The notes under the pieces: generated by a model
The model's input: the letters and a program-made list of their open reading frames with translations, nothing else
The model's database searches: none
What the model was told of the DNA's origin: nothing
Position numbers and translations under genes: made by a program
NCBI GenBank assembly: GCA_030390025.1
Contig: CM059431.1
Coordinates: forward strand, 95,730,001-95,794,000
Length of the DNA: 64,000 nucleotides
Source of the DNA: Squalus acanthias
Taxonomy: Eukaryota
Direction: 5' to 3'
Shown: piece by piece, positions 51,362 to 63,883 of the stretch
Numbering within the stretch: the first letter of the stretch is position 1
Layout of the letters: the number at the start of each line of letters is the position of its first letter

Positions 51362-51770
51362 GCTGATATAATAGATGGCAGGTCAAGTGAGATCAGAGTA
51401 GCAATCTGTCAATGTTGCGATAGTTAGTAGCAATGTGTGGTACGAGTGGCTTCCGAGGATGCAGGAAAGACTTGCAAACTCGAGACACCTAAATCTGTGC
51501 TCAAAATGGAGTCAGAAAGAGCCTTTCCCTTAGGTGTGATGTGGGAGTATTTATTGGGATTTCCATGCTTTGCGTTAATGACCTTGATCAATGGCCACTG
51601 AGCTTCCGCCTCAGGTTGACAGACATGGTTCCTGAGCTGTGTGATTCCCGTTGTCAGCCAGTGAAATTCAAAAGGTCTGCTTAAAATCCCTGTTAAGGGT
51701 CTCACAACAAGGTTTTAATGAGATTAATTAGGTCGCCCACCTCTGCCATTCGGGTTGCTGATGCGCTGGA

Positions 51771-52345
51771 AGTTATGTTAAACTTATATAGAACCTTGGT
51801 TAGACCATACTTGGAGTACCGTGAACAATTCTGGTCTCTATAAAAAGTATGTAGAGGCACTGGAGAAGATGCAAAAAAGATTTACTGGAATAATACCAGA
51901 ACTGAGAGGATATACCCATCAGAAAAGATTGAACAAGCTGGGGCACTTTTCTCCAGAAAAAGAGAAGACTGAGGGGTGTCCAAATAGAGATCTTTGAAGG
52001 GTTTGATAGGTTAGGCATAGAGAAGATGTTTTCACTTGCGGTTGAAAACAGAACTAAGGGCCATAAATACAAGATATTTTCCCAATAGGGAATTCAGGAG
52101 AAACCTCTTTACTCAGAGAGTGGTGAGAATGTGGAACTCACTACCACAAGGAGTAGTTGAGGCGAATAGCATAGATGCATTTAAGGGGAAGCTAGATAAA
52201 CACATGAAGAAAAAGGAATAGAAGGATATGCTGATGGGGTTAGATGAAGAAGGGTGGGATGAAGCTCGTGTGGAGCATCAACAATGGCATGGAGCTGTTG
52301 GGCTGAATGGCCTGTTGCTGTGCTGTAAACACGATGTAATACTTT
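51771..52345 (+). mobile_element. Old CR1 3' fragment
   Basis: FRRNLFTQRVVRMWNSLP plus 3' UTR. Confidence 0.85.
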
Positions 52346-52519
52346 GTAAATGCAGGTAACAGGGAGGTCTTGTCGAAATTAACAGCCAGAGCTTACTTAA
52401 ATTTTTTGTCTCCATATTTCCTGGCCAGCAGCCAGCCAGATTCAGAGGCTGGCTGGCTTTCGGGCAGGCAGGCCTATGGCCGAGCAGAGAGAAGGAAGAG
52501 ATTGCGGACTTAAGACCGA

Positions 52520-52868
52520 TATGGTAGATGCCGAGAGGTTATATCCCTGGCTGGAGAGTCTAGAATTAGGGGGCATAGTCTCAGGATAAGGGGTCGGCAA
52601 ATTAAGACTGAGATGAGGAGGAATTTCTTCACTCAGAGGGTTGTGAATCTTTGGAATTCTCTACCCCAAAGGGCTGAAGATGCTGAATCATTGAGTATAT
52701 TCAAGGCTGAGATAGATAGAATTTTGGATCCTAAGGGAATCAAGGGATATGGAGATCGGGCGGGAAAGTGGAGTTGAGATCAAAGATCAGCCATAATCTT
52801 ATTGAATGGCTCAGCAGGCTCGAGGATGCCGTATGGTCTACTCCAACTATTAATATAATGTTCTTATA
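52520..52868 (+). mobile_element. CR1 3' fragment
   Basis: gagatgaggaggaatttcttcactcagagggttgtg... plus CR1 3' UTR. Confidence 0.85.
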
Positions 52869-53022
52869 GGTCAGGGGCTTCCGATCGCAGGCTTAAGATC
52901 GCGGGTCGGGGGCTTCAGATCGCGGATCGTGGTGGGGGGGGGGGGGGCGGCGGAATGCGGGGTAAGAGGCCGATCGTGGCAGGTTAGCTTGGGCAGCCGG
53001 GAGGAAACATTCCTGCTCCTCC

Positions 53023-55090
53023 TAGAATCATAGAAATTTACGGCACAGAAGGAGGCCACTCATCCCATCGTGTCTGTGCCGGCCGGAAAAGAGCTACCAG
53101 CCTAATCCCACTTTCCAGCTTTTCATCCGCAGCCTTGTAGTTTACAGCACTTCAAGTGAATATCCAAGTACGTTTTAAATGTGATGAGGGTCTCTGCCTC
53201 TACCACCCTTTCAGGCAGTGAGTTCCAGACCCCCACCACCTCTGGGTGAAAAAAGTTCTCCTCAACTCCCCTCTAATCCTTCTACCAATTACTTTAAATC
53301 TATGCCCCCTGGTTATTGATCCCTCTGCTAAGGGAAATAGGTCCTTCCTATCCACTCTATCGAGGCCCCTCCATAATTTTATACACCTCAATTAATCTCC
53401 CTCAGCCTTCTCCGTTCCAAAGAAAACAACCCCAGCCTATCCAATCTTTCCTCATAGCTAAAATGCTCCAGTTCTGGCAACATCCTCGTAAATCTACTCT
53501 GTACCATCTTTCCTGTAATGAGGTGACCAGAACTGTACGCATTACTCCAGCTGTGGCCTAACTAGTATTTTATACAGTTCTTGCATAACCTCTCTGCTCT
53601 TTCTATGCCTCGGCTAATAAAGGAAAGTATCCCGTATGCCTTCTTACCCACCTTATCTACCTGTCCTGCTACCTTCAGGGATCTGTGGACATGCACTCCA
53701 AGGTCCCTCTGTTTCTCTACATTTCTCCATATCCAACCATTTATTGTGTATTCCCTTGCCTTGTTAGCCCTCCCCAAATGCATTACCTCACACTTCTCCA
53801 GATTGAATTCCATTTGCCACTTTTCTGCCCACCTGACCAATCCATTGAAATCTTCCTGCAGTCTACAGCTTTCTTCCTCACTATCAACCACACGGCCAAT
53901 TTTTGTGTCATCTGCAAACTTCTTAATCATGCCCCCTACATTGAAGTCTAAATCATTGATATATACAGGAAACTCTATATTAACCGGCACCGACGGGACC
54001 GGCGTGGTGCCGGTTTATCAAAAAGTCCGGATAACGGAGAGTTATATCTACCAAGGTACGAGAGCCCCGTACATGGCCACAGATCCAGGAGTCCCTGGTG
54101 CACGGCCACAGGTGCAGGAACCCCGGTCACATTAAAGAATTTCTGCATCTCCCTTCTTGTGACAGATCTTACAGCGATCTTACAGCGAGCTGCTTCGTGA
54201 AGGTACTGGGCGTCTCGCAAAGCCGTTCATCGCCAATCTATCGACAGAGGAGAGTGGCACCTCCACCAAACTGCGGTACCAGCTCCGGTGCCAGGCCATA
54301 TGGTAGCACGTCATTGGCAGCAGGCATCACATGAGAGGCGCTGATTGACATGCGCCTGCATTCGGAGCTCCGTCTCCCCGGGGACCGCCAGCTGACCATC
54401 TGTCGTGTGCGCAGATTCTACCAGCACAGACCGACAAACTGGGACATGGCAGCGGCTCAAGCCCTTTATTCCCCTTCCCCCGCTGCCTATCCGGGCTGCA
54501 CATTCCCCTCCCAATCTACACGCTCCGATACAAGGCAAACGCCTCGGGGTTTTTTAAAAGTTAATCTTAAACGTTCTTGAGAATTAAAATGCTATCGATG
54601 ATTCATTCGTTCCAACACAGCGCTCACAAACCCTGACTCCACACAGACACCGAGGCTGCTTTCCTACTTTATAAAGCTGGGTATTTTGTGTGAGTTTTAT
54701 GTTTATAGAATCAAACAAAAAGCAGGACCCTGTCTCAGATTTGGGCACTGCCCCATCCTACATGTATAACGAGAGATGAAGGAAAACCCCGGTTACCTAC
54801 TCAAGAATTTTGCCGGTTAAGAGAGATTTCCGGATATTTGGGTGCCGGTTAATAAAGAGTTTCCTGTACCACAAAAGGCAAGGGACCTAGTCCCTGCAGA
54901 ACCCCAATGGAAATAGCCTTCCAGTCACAAAGAAATCAGTCGACCATTACCCTTTGCTTCCTGCCACTGAGCCAATTTTGGATCCAACTTTCCACTTTCC
55001 CTTGGATCCCATGGGCTTTTACTTTTCTGCCATATGGGACCTTGTCAAAAGCCTTGCTAAAATCCATGTAGACGACATCAAATGCGCTAC
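53023..55090 (-). mobile_element. CR1 LINE hosting a TA-specific MITE
   Basis: VYINDLDFNVGGMIKKFADDTK. Sequence is collinear with the 24.1-kb CR1 across the insertion site. Confidence 0.9.
53966..54866. mobile_element. Tc1/mariner-pogo (Tigger-like) non-autonomous MITE, 901 bp
   Basis: 26-bp TIRs CAGGAAACTCTATATTAACCGGCACC / GGTGCCGGTTAATAAAGAGTTTCCTG (1 mismatch). TA TSD at 53964-53965 and 54867-54868. Confidence 0.92.
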
Positions 55091-55264
55091 GGTTGATCTT
55101 TGCTGGCTAAGAGGTGCACAAGTATAGCTCAGTGTGTCTCCTAATCTTCCCATTCCCTGTTGGCAAAGACACCTGCTCTGCACTCTCGGCCACTCTGGCA
55201 GCATGAGTGAAATTAGGAACTTGCTGTGTGGGAGATTTCTGGCAGCAAAACCAGATTTTAGTAC

Positions 55265-55490
55265 CTGCTAAAAACCCAACTAGTTCACTAATGTCATTCA
55301 GGGAAGGGAACCTGCCTTCTCTACCAGGTTTGGCGTACATATGAATCCAGACCCACACTATGTGGTTAACTTTTAATGTCCTAGTGAGTCACTCAGTAAT
55401 AAAAACAATTAAAACAGATCACAACCACTTTCAGATAGGCTATAAATGAGAGCTTTTTCGCGTTGCCCACATCCCAAGAACTAGTTAAAA
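55265..55490 (+). mobile_element. Older fragment of the same SINE family as 48801-49870
   Basis: aaaaaccc...gttcactaatgtc...agggaagg...ccagacccac...gcccacatccca. Confidence 0.7.
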
Positions 55491-55574
55491 ATGTGCCACA
55501 ACTACTGGAGTGCTAACTTGCTTTACCACTGCACTACAAAATACAGTGTTAAGTTGTGATGTACATGCTGAGGA

Positions 55575-55745
55575 ATTAATGTTGGCCAGGATACTTTGAG
55601 AGCCCCTCTGCTCTTCTTCAAATAGTGCCATTGGTTCTTTAATGTCCATCTGAGAGGGCAGATATTTAGAATCTCATCAAAAGATGGCATCATCACAATG
55701 AAGCACTCTCTCAGTACTACACTGTCGTGTCAGCCTAGATTATTA
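55575..55745 (-). mobile_element. DeuSINE-like fragment (Deu domain)
   Basis: gctcttcttcaaatagtgcca...gagagggcaga...tctcatc...agatggca...tcagtact...gtgtcagcctagatt resembles the antisense Deu domain (from memory). Homologous to 58775-58912. Confidence 0.65.
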
Positions 55746-55837
55746 ACTGCAATTTTGTTGGCAAACATAGCAGCAACAAAGTAGACAGCAAGACCCCACA
55801 AACACCAATGAGAAAAATTGCCAGATAATCTAATTTA

Positions 55838-58700
55838 AGAACATAAGAACATAAGAGATAGGAGCAGGAGTAGGCCATACGGCCCTTTGAGCCTGCTCCG
55901 CCATTCAATACGGTCATAGCTGACCTTCGACCTCAACTCCATTTTCCCGCCTGATCCCCATAGCCCTTAATTCCCTTACAGTCCAAAAATCTATCGATCT
56001 CAGCCTTGAATATACTCAACGACTCAGCATCCACAGCCCTCTGGGGTAGAGAATTCCAAAGATTCACCACCCTCTGAGTGAAGAAATTTCTCATCATCTC
56101 AGTCCTGAATGGCTGACCCCTTATCCTGTGACCATGCCCCCTAGTTCTAGACTCTCTAGTCAAGGGAAACACCCTCTCAGCAACTGTCAAACCATCTCAG
56201 AATCTTATTGTCTAGAAATTCGTCTTGGGCGGTGGTGCAAAACGGGCAGTATCAGATCGGCCACCCGTTATACGCAGCACCTGATATTCAGTTTCATTGA
56301 CTGCAATGGAACTGAATATCAGGCGCTCCGTATAATGGGCAGCCAATCCAATACGGCCCATTTTGCGCCACTGCAATTTCTGGGCCTATATGTTTCAATG
56401 AGATCATTCTTCTTATCTCCGGAGAGCAAATGCCCATTCTACTCAATCTCCCCTCAAAGGACAACCCTCTTTTCCCAGGAATCAATCTAGTGAACCTTTG
56501 TTGCACCCCCTCTAAGGCAAGTATATCTTTCCTTAGGTACGGAGACCAAGCTGTACACAGTACTCCAGGTGTGGTCTCACCAAAGTCCTGTGCAACTGCA
56601 GCAAGATTTCCTTACTCTTTTACTCCAACCCCTTGCAATAAAGACCAACATGCCATTTGCCTTCCTAATTGCTTGCCGTACCTGCAAGTTACCTTTCTGT
56701 GTTATGTGTATAAGGACACCCAAATCTCTCTGAACACCAACATTTAATAGTTTCTCACCATTTAAAAAATATTCTGTTTTTCTATTCTTCCTACCAAAGT
56801 GAATAACCTTACATTTCCCCACATTATACTCAATCTGCCACCTTCTTGCCCACTCACTTAACCTGTCTATATCCCTTTGCAGACTATTTGTCTCCTCCTC
56901 ACAGCTTACTTTCCCACCTAGCTTTGCATCGTCAGCAAACCTGGATGCATTACACTCAGTCCCTTCATCTCAGTCATTAATATAGATTGTAAATAGCTGA
57001 GACCCCAACACTGATCTTTGCAGCACCCAACTAGTAACAGCCTGCCAATCTGAAAATTACCCGTTTATTCCTACTCTTTGGGTTTTCTGTCCTTTAACCA
57101 ATCCTCTATCCAGGCTAATATATTACCCCCAACCCCATGGGCCCTTATCTTGTGTAACAACCTTTCATGTGGCACCTTATCGAATGCCTTTTGAAAATCC
57201 AAATATACTACATCCACTGGTTCCCCTTTATCTACCCTACTAATAGATTCGTCAAGCATGATTTCCCTTTCATAAAACCATGTTGACTCTGCCTAATCAT
57301 ATTATGATTTTCTAAGTGCCCTGTTACCACTTCCTTAATAATGGATTCCAGCATTTTCCCAATGTCTGATGTCAGGCTAACTGGCCTGTAGTTCCCTGTT
57401 TTCTCTCTCCCTCCTTTCTTGAATAGCAGGGTTACATTTGCTACCTTCCAATCCGCTGGGACCATTACAAAATCTATGAAATTTTGGAAGATCACAACCA
57501 ATGCATCCACTATCTCTGCAGCCATCTCTTTAGAACCCTAGGATGTAGGTCATCAGGTCCAGGGGATTTGTTGGCTTTTCATCCCATTAATTTCTTCAGT
57601 ACTTTTTCTTTACTAATATTAATTACTTTAAGTTCCTCATTCTCAGTAGACCCTTGGTTCCCCACTATCGCTGGTAAGTCTTTTGTTTCTTCTACTGTAA
57701 AGGCAGATACAAATTATTTGTTTAATGTCTCTGTCATTTCCTTATCCCCATAATAATTTCTCCTGTCTCAGCCTCTAACGGATCCACGTTTGCTTTTGCT
57801 ACTCTCTTCCTTTTTACATACTTGTAGAAACTCTTACAATCTGTTTTTATATTTCTTGCTAGTTTACTCTCATATTCCATTTTCTCCCACTTTATCAATT
57901 TTTTGGTCATCCTTCGCTGGTTTCTGAAACTCTCCCAATCCTCAGGCTTACTACTCTTCTTGACAACATTATAAGCTTCTTCTTTTAATCTAATACTATC
58001 CTTAACTTCATTAGTTAGCCACGGATAGATCAACCTTTTCCGTGGAGTTTTTATTTCTCAATGGAATGTACTTTCATTGAGAATTATGAAATATTTCTTT
58101 AAATTTTTGCCATTGCTTATCTACCTTCATTACCTTTTAATCTAATTTCCCAATTTACCTAAGCCAACTCTCCCCTCATACCTATGTAATTGGATTTATT
58201 TAAATTTAATACTCTAGTTTCGTACTTAAGTACGCCACTCTTGAACGCAATGTGAAATTCTATCACATTATGATCACTCTTCCCTGGAGGATCCCTTACT
58301 ATGAGATTACTAATTAACCCTGTCTCATTACACAAAACAAGATCTAAAATAGCCACTTCCCTAGTTGGTTCCACAATGTATATTTCTAGGTAACTGTCTT
58401 GAATACGCTCCATGAACTTGTCCTCCAAACTACTTTTGCCAATTTGATTTGTCCAGTCTATATGAAGAATAAAGTCCCTCATGATTATTGCAATATCTTT
58501 GTTTCAAGCTCCTCTTATTTCTTGATTACTCTGTCCAACAGTACAGCTATTGTTAGGGAGCCTATAAACTACTTCTACCAGTGTTTTCTGCCCCTTGTTA
58601 TTTCTTATCTCCACCAATACTGATTCTAATTTCTGCTCTTCTGAGCCAAGATCCTTTTCCACTACTGTCCTTATGTCATTCTTTATTATCAGGGCTACTG
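55838..58700 (-). mobile_element. CR1 LINE ORF2 (endonuclease to 3' end), decayed
   Basis: EPTREVAILDLVL...[30 protein letters not shown]; aagaacat tail. Confidence 0.92.
56209..56386. mobile_element. Palindromic Harbinger-type MITE (178 bp)
   Basis: Ends TGTCTAGAAATT / AATTTCTGGGCC, TAT TSD. Central arms cctgatattcagtt..cattg / caatg..aactgaatatcagg. Confidence 0.8.
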
Positions 58701-58774
58701 CACCCGCCCCCCCTCCCCCCCACACCACCCCTTTTCCATTTTGTTGGTGGTGTTGGTTCAGTGATAAACGTCGG

Positions 58775-58912
58775 AGAACTCCCATGCTGTTCAATAAATA
58801 GTGCGCACCTGAACAGGCAGACAAGGCCTCAATTTAATTTCTCATTCGAAAGATGGCACCTCCAACCATGCAGCACTCCCTCAGTATTGCACTGAAGTGC
58901 CAGCCTAGATTG
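58775..58912 (-). mobile_element. DeuSINE-like fragment (Deu domain)
   Basis: gaaagatggcacctcc...gcagcactccctcagtattgcactgaagtgccagcctagatt. Confidence 0.65.
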
Positions 58913-58914
58913 CC

Positions 58915-60290
58915 AGCTGTTCAAGGCTGAGCTCAGGATTTCTGAACTTGAGGAGTGGCTAGTTTCACTGCAGGTCATACGAGAGGCTGAAAGTTTCTTG
59001 GATCGCACTTTCTAGGAGGTGGCCTTCCTACATTCACAGAGTTCAGGAGGACTGTAAGTGGATAGCCATCAGGCATGGTACTAAGAGGCAGGTAGTACAG
59101 GAATCCTCCAGGAGTGTGGCATTCACAAAGTGGTCTTCAGTGCTGAATATTGGAGAGGGTGACGGCACCTCGAAGGAGTGCAGTCTAGAACAAATCTACG
59201 GCACCATGGATCAAATGGCTGCACAGGGGGGCACAGCAAAGTACAGAAATGCAGTTGTCATATAAGATTCGATAGCCAGGGAGATAGATAGGCGTTTCTG
59301 CAACATATCACATGTTGTGTTACTTCCCTGGTGCCATTGTAGAGGACATCACAGAACAGGAACAGCCAGAAGTCGTGGTCCATGTTGGATCCAATGACAT
59401 AGGAAAGAAAAGGGTTGAGGTCCTACAGACAGAGTTTCAAGAACTAGGGAGAAAGTAAAGAGCAGAACCTCAAAGGTAGTAATCTCTGGATTACTCCCAG
59501 TGCCACGTGCTAGTGAGTATAGGAACAGAAAAATAAAGCAGGTTAATGCGTGGCTGGAGATATAGTGCAGGAGGGAGGGCTTCAGATTCCTAGGGCATTG
59601 GGACTAATTCTGGGGCAGGAGGGACCTGTACAAGGTGGACGCGTTGCACCTGAACACGGCTAGGACCAATGTCCTCGTGGGGGAGGTTAAGAAGTGCTGT
59701 AGGGAAGGGTTTAAACTAATTTGGCAGGGGGATGAGAACCAGGATGAAGTATCAGGGAGGAGAAACAAGGTGCATAGAGGACTGGGAAAAAAACCCACCA
59801 TAAGCAGATTAGACCAGAAATAGGAGGGGAAAAATGCAAAGCAGACTAAGGTGAGTTTGGAGTGCATGTGCATAAAGGCACGGAATGTGACAAGTAAGGT
59901 TGGTGAGCTGCAGGCACCTGTTGCCATATGGGGTTAGGATATAGTGGCAATTATGGAAATTTGGCTCAAACAAGGGCAGAAATGGGAATTTAGGGAGGAA
60001 TAGAGAAAGAAAAAGAGGAGGTGGGGGTGTTGCACTATTGATCAAAGATACTAGTACAGCCCTGGAAAGGGATAATGTGCTTGAGGATTCAAAGACAGAT
60101 CTATTTGGTTAAGGAGCAGAACAGGAGCTGCTGGCTGTATACTATAGCCCACAAAATAGTGTGAAGGAGATGGAGGAGCAAATCTGCAAGCAAATTTCAG
60201 AATGATGTAAAACCAATAGAGTAGTGTTAATGGGCAGCTTCAATTATCTTAATATAGACTGGGGGGGAAAGCAGTGTAAAGGGCAAGGAT
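58915..60290 (+). mobile_element. CR1 5' portion: decayed ORF1 (SGNH esterase-like) and start of ORF2 endonuclease
   Basis: VVVHVGSND-like segment near 59375, DALHLN, RKKRGGGVALLIK-like segment near 60010. Confidence 0.75.
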
Positions 60291-60906
60291 AGAATCATAG
60301 AATAGTACAGCAGTGAAGGAGGCCATTCGGCCCATCAGGTCTGCACTGGCTCTTTCGAAGAGCAATCCCGTTAGTCCCATTCCCTGCTCTTTCCCTACAC
60401 ACCTGCAATTTTTTCTCCTTCAAGTATTTATCCAACACCCTTTTGAAGGCTACTATTGAATCTGTATCCACCACCCCATCAGGCAGTGCATTCCAAATCC
60501 TAACCACTCGTTGCGTAAAATAGCTTTTCCTCCTGTCGCCTCTGGTTCTTTTGGCAATCACCTTAATTCTGTGTCCTCGCGTTACTGACCCTTCAGCCAC
60601 TGGAAACAGTTTCTCTTTATTTACTCTATCTAAACCCTACATGATTTTAAACACTTCTATCAAATCTCCTCTTAGCCTTCACTGCTCCAAGGAGAACAAC
60701 CCAGCATCCCCAGTCTATCCACGTTAACTGTAATCCCCATTCCTGGAACCATTCTAGTAAATCTCTTTTATACCCTCTCCAAAGCCTTCATGTCCTGCCT
60801 AAAGTGTGGTGCCCAGAATTGGACACAATACTCCAGCTGGGGCCGAACTAATGTTTTATATAGGTTTAGCATAACTTCCTGGCTTTTGTACTCTATGCCT
60901 CCATTT

Positions 60907-61976
60907 TCTTCCTTTGGACCCATGGCGAAGGATCACTGAAAAGACTACATGATAACATAAACAAGTTCCATCCCACCATCAAACTCACCATGGACTACTC
61001 CTCAGAATCGGTTTCATTCCTGGACACACGAGTCTCCATCAAAGACGGACACCTCAGCACTTCACTCTACCGCAAGCCCACGGACAACCTCACGATGCTC
61101 CACTTCTCCAGCTTCCACCCTAACCACGTTAAAGAAGCCATCCCCTATGGACAAGCCCTGCGAATACACAGGATCTGCTCAGATGAGGAGGAACGCGATG
61201 GACACCTACGGACGCTGAAAAACGCCCTCGTAAGAACGGGATATGACGCTCGACTCATCGATCGACAGTTCCGACGGGCCACAGCGAAAAATCGCATAGA
61301 CCTCCTCAGAAGGCAAACACGGGACACAACCAACAGGGTACCCTACGTCGTCCAGTACTTCCCCGGAGCGGAGAAACTACGCCATGTTCTTCGCAGCCTT
61401 CAACATGTCATCGATGACGACAAACACCTCGCTAAGGCCATCCCCACGCCTCCACTACTTGCCTTCAAACAGCCGCCTAACCTCAGAAGTACCATCGTTC
61501 ACAGCAAATTACCCAGCTTTCAGGATAACAGCGACCACGACACCACACAACCCTGCCATGGCAAACTCTGCAAGACATGCCAGATCATCAACACAGATAC
61601 CATCATCACACGTGAGGACACTACCCACCAGGTACATGGTACATACTCATGTGACTCGGCCAACGTTGTCTACCTCATACGTTGCAGGAAAGAATGCACC
61701 GCGGCATGGTACATCGGCGAGACCATGCAGACACTGAGACAACGTATGAACGAGCACCGCGCAACAATCGCCAGGCAGGATTGTTACCTCCCAGTCGGGG
61801 AACACTTCAGCAGTCAAGGACATTCAGCCTCGGATCTGCGGGTAAGCGTTCTCCAAGGCGACCTTAGGAAAACACGACAACGCAAAATCATCGAGCAGAA
61901 ACTGATAGCCAAGTTCCGCACTCATGAAGACGGTCTCAATCGGGATCTTGGGTTTATGTCACGATACATGACGTGA
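60907..61976 (+). CDS. Partial Penelope polyprotein: RT C-terminus/thumb, Cys-rich linker, GIY-YIG endonuclease
   Basis: Uninterrupted frame: FHPTIKLT..SVSFLDT, LYRKPTD, SSFHP, PCHGKLCKTC, NVVYLIRC...YIGET..LRQRMNEH, GLN. No native start because of the 5' truncation. Confidence 0.88.
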
Positions 61977-62280
61977 TCCGGACTCGAGTCGTCGTTGGCT
62001 TGTTCACAGATGTGATTCCCAGTAAAAAAGTAAAATTTTTAAAGTTAATCGTTTTACATACAGACAGCAGCTTTTGACACGTTCGACCCCATGCGATTCC
62101 ACCTCATTGTCTCAGTTGTATCTTGCTATGTCTTTGATGTGGTACCTTCCTGACCTGATTAACTTTATCACACCTCGGCAGATAAACAGTCAGGATGATT
62201 GAATTCAGTTGTCTGCAATTGTAAGTTACACATGCTTTGTTCTCTATCTATATATGCTTTGACGATTCTGTATCTCCTCA

Positions 62281-62325
62281 CTTCACCCGACGAAGGAGTT
62301 TTAACTCCGAAAGCTTGTGATTTAA
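62281..62325 (+). ncRNA. Hammerhead-like motif with variant core (CCGACGA)
   Basis: cttcac-CCGACGA-A-GGAGT-ttta-ACTCC-GAAA-gcttgtga; U4 is replaced by C. Confidence 0.6.
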
Positions 62326-62620
62326 AATAAAACTGTTGGACTATAACCTGGTGTTGTGCGACCTCTCAATTTTGTCCATTTATAAAACCCAGGATCCCAT
62401 ATGCTTTATTAACTGCTTTGTTAACCTATCCTGCCACCTTCAAAGGTTTGTGCACAATCACCCCAGATTGCTCTGTTCTTACATCCTTTTTAAAATTGTA
62501 CCATTTAGTGTGTATTGTCTTTCCTCATTCTTCCGACCAAAATGTATCACCTTACACTTCTCTGCGTTGAATTTCATCTGCCATGTGTCCACCCATTCCA
62601 AGAGTCTGTCTATGTCTTCT

Positions 62621-63158
62621 TGAAGTTTTAAAGAGTGTGCAGGAACAGAGGGACCTGGGAGTTAATGTGCATAAGTCCCTGAAGGTGGCAGGACATATTG
62701 AGAGAGTGGTTAACAAAGCATATGGGATCTTGGGCTTCATAAATAGAGGTATTGAGTACAAAAGTAGAGAAGTTATGCTGAACCTTTATAAAGCGCTGGT
62801 TAGGCCACAACTGGAGTATTGCGTCCAGTTCTGGTCACCACACCTTAGGAAGGATGTGAAGGCCCTTGACAGGGTGCAGAGGAGATTTACCAGAATGGTT
62901 CTGGGGATGGGGGATCTTAGCTACAAGGACAGATTGGAGAAGCTGGATTTGTTTTCATTAGAGCAAAGGAGGTTGAGGGGTGATTTGATAGAGGTGTACA
63001 AGATTATGACAGGTTTGGATAGGCAAGATGGGGAAAGGGTGTTCCCACTAGTTGATGGTACAAGGACGAGGGGACACAGATTTAAGGTTTTGGGCAAGAG
63101 ATTCAGGGGGGATGTGAGGAATTTGCTGCCGACGGAAGTGGTGGAAGCGGACACACTG
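62621..63158 (+). mobile_element. CR1 3' ORF2 fragment
   Basis: QEQRDLGVNVH...[19 protein letters not shown]...TRGHRFK. Confidence 0.9.
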
Positions 63159-63883
63159 GAGGTGATTGGAGCGCTAAATCAGGCATTACACATCTCTCTT
63201 AAGGCGCTAACGTCGAGGAGTGAGGCGCTACCTCAGATGCTGGCAAAGCAATGGAACACAGGCACACTGGCACCAGCCAGTTCTTAAAGGGGAGGGTCGA
63301 TCTTGCTCTCCCTCCACACCCTGCTCATTTGCAGCCTTGAATATTGGCCTGGAGAGACCTGTACATCAAATCTGCTGGAAAGAACAATGGAGAGGCCCAG
63401 GAAAGAGCTCAGAGTGCAGCCCCCATTATCTCTTCTAAATCGATGCAAGGAAGGCCAAACCAAAATGAACCTGAAAAGTGCTGCTCAGTACCCAAAACTC
63501 CTTCACGTAGCGCTGAATCTCTCCAGAAGTCTCTCTTTCTCTCTCAGAATGCGTGGTGCAAAAATGTTGCCGACAAAAAAGGCAGTAAGCGGTCGCCTTT
63601 AAATAGCGCTCCCCCAGTCCCTTCCCAACTGCAAAACGTTCCGCTCAACCTGTCATTGCTAGCGGCAGGCGGAAAGGCAGGGGGTACCACTCAATATCCG
63701 GTCCGGGGCGCTACCGGGGCGTTGCATGCTCGACTGACGTCACAACCTGCGGGCGCAGGAGATCATGGCGGTAGTGTTTAGTGCCGCCGCAAAATGTCTG
63801 GTCAATTTCGCGAGCGGCGCAAACAACGCTAGTTGCTTTGCGACCCACTAACGGGAGGCGCAAAGCAACTGAATTTTTCCCCC
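63159..63883 (+). mobile_element. Non-autonomous Harbinger element (H-A family), left end missing
   Basis: Collinear with 26318-27100. Ends gaatttttccccc followed by TAA. Confidence 0.88.

Larger units (their letters stand above)
48052..51770. mobile_element. Two-gene Harbinger element H-G (right TIR not found)
   Basis: Starts TAA|GGCTGGAATTTTC. Myb/SANT exon on +, transposase on -. Confidence 0.75.
60907..62374 (+). mobile_element. Penelope-like element (Neptune-like), 5'-truncated
   Basis: 7-bp TSD TCCATTT at 60900-60906 and 62375-62381. Open RT/GIY-YIG frame. 3' pLTR with hammerhead-like motif and AATAAA. Confidence 0.9.
60291..62620 (-). mobile_element. CR1 3' portion interrupted by a Penelope element
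   Basis: TRGHRIK...FTQRVVRIWNALP. CR1 resumes at 62375 after the TSD. Confidence 0.88.

Noticed and set aside
62583..63287. 234-aa ORF as a novel fusion protein
   Set aside because: Chance read-through across antisense CR1, sense CR1 and Harbinger MITE junctions.
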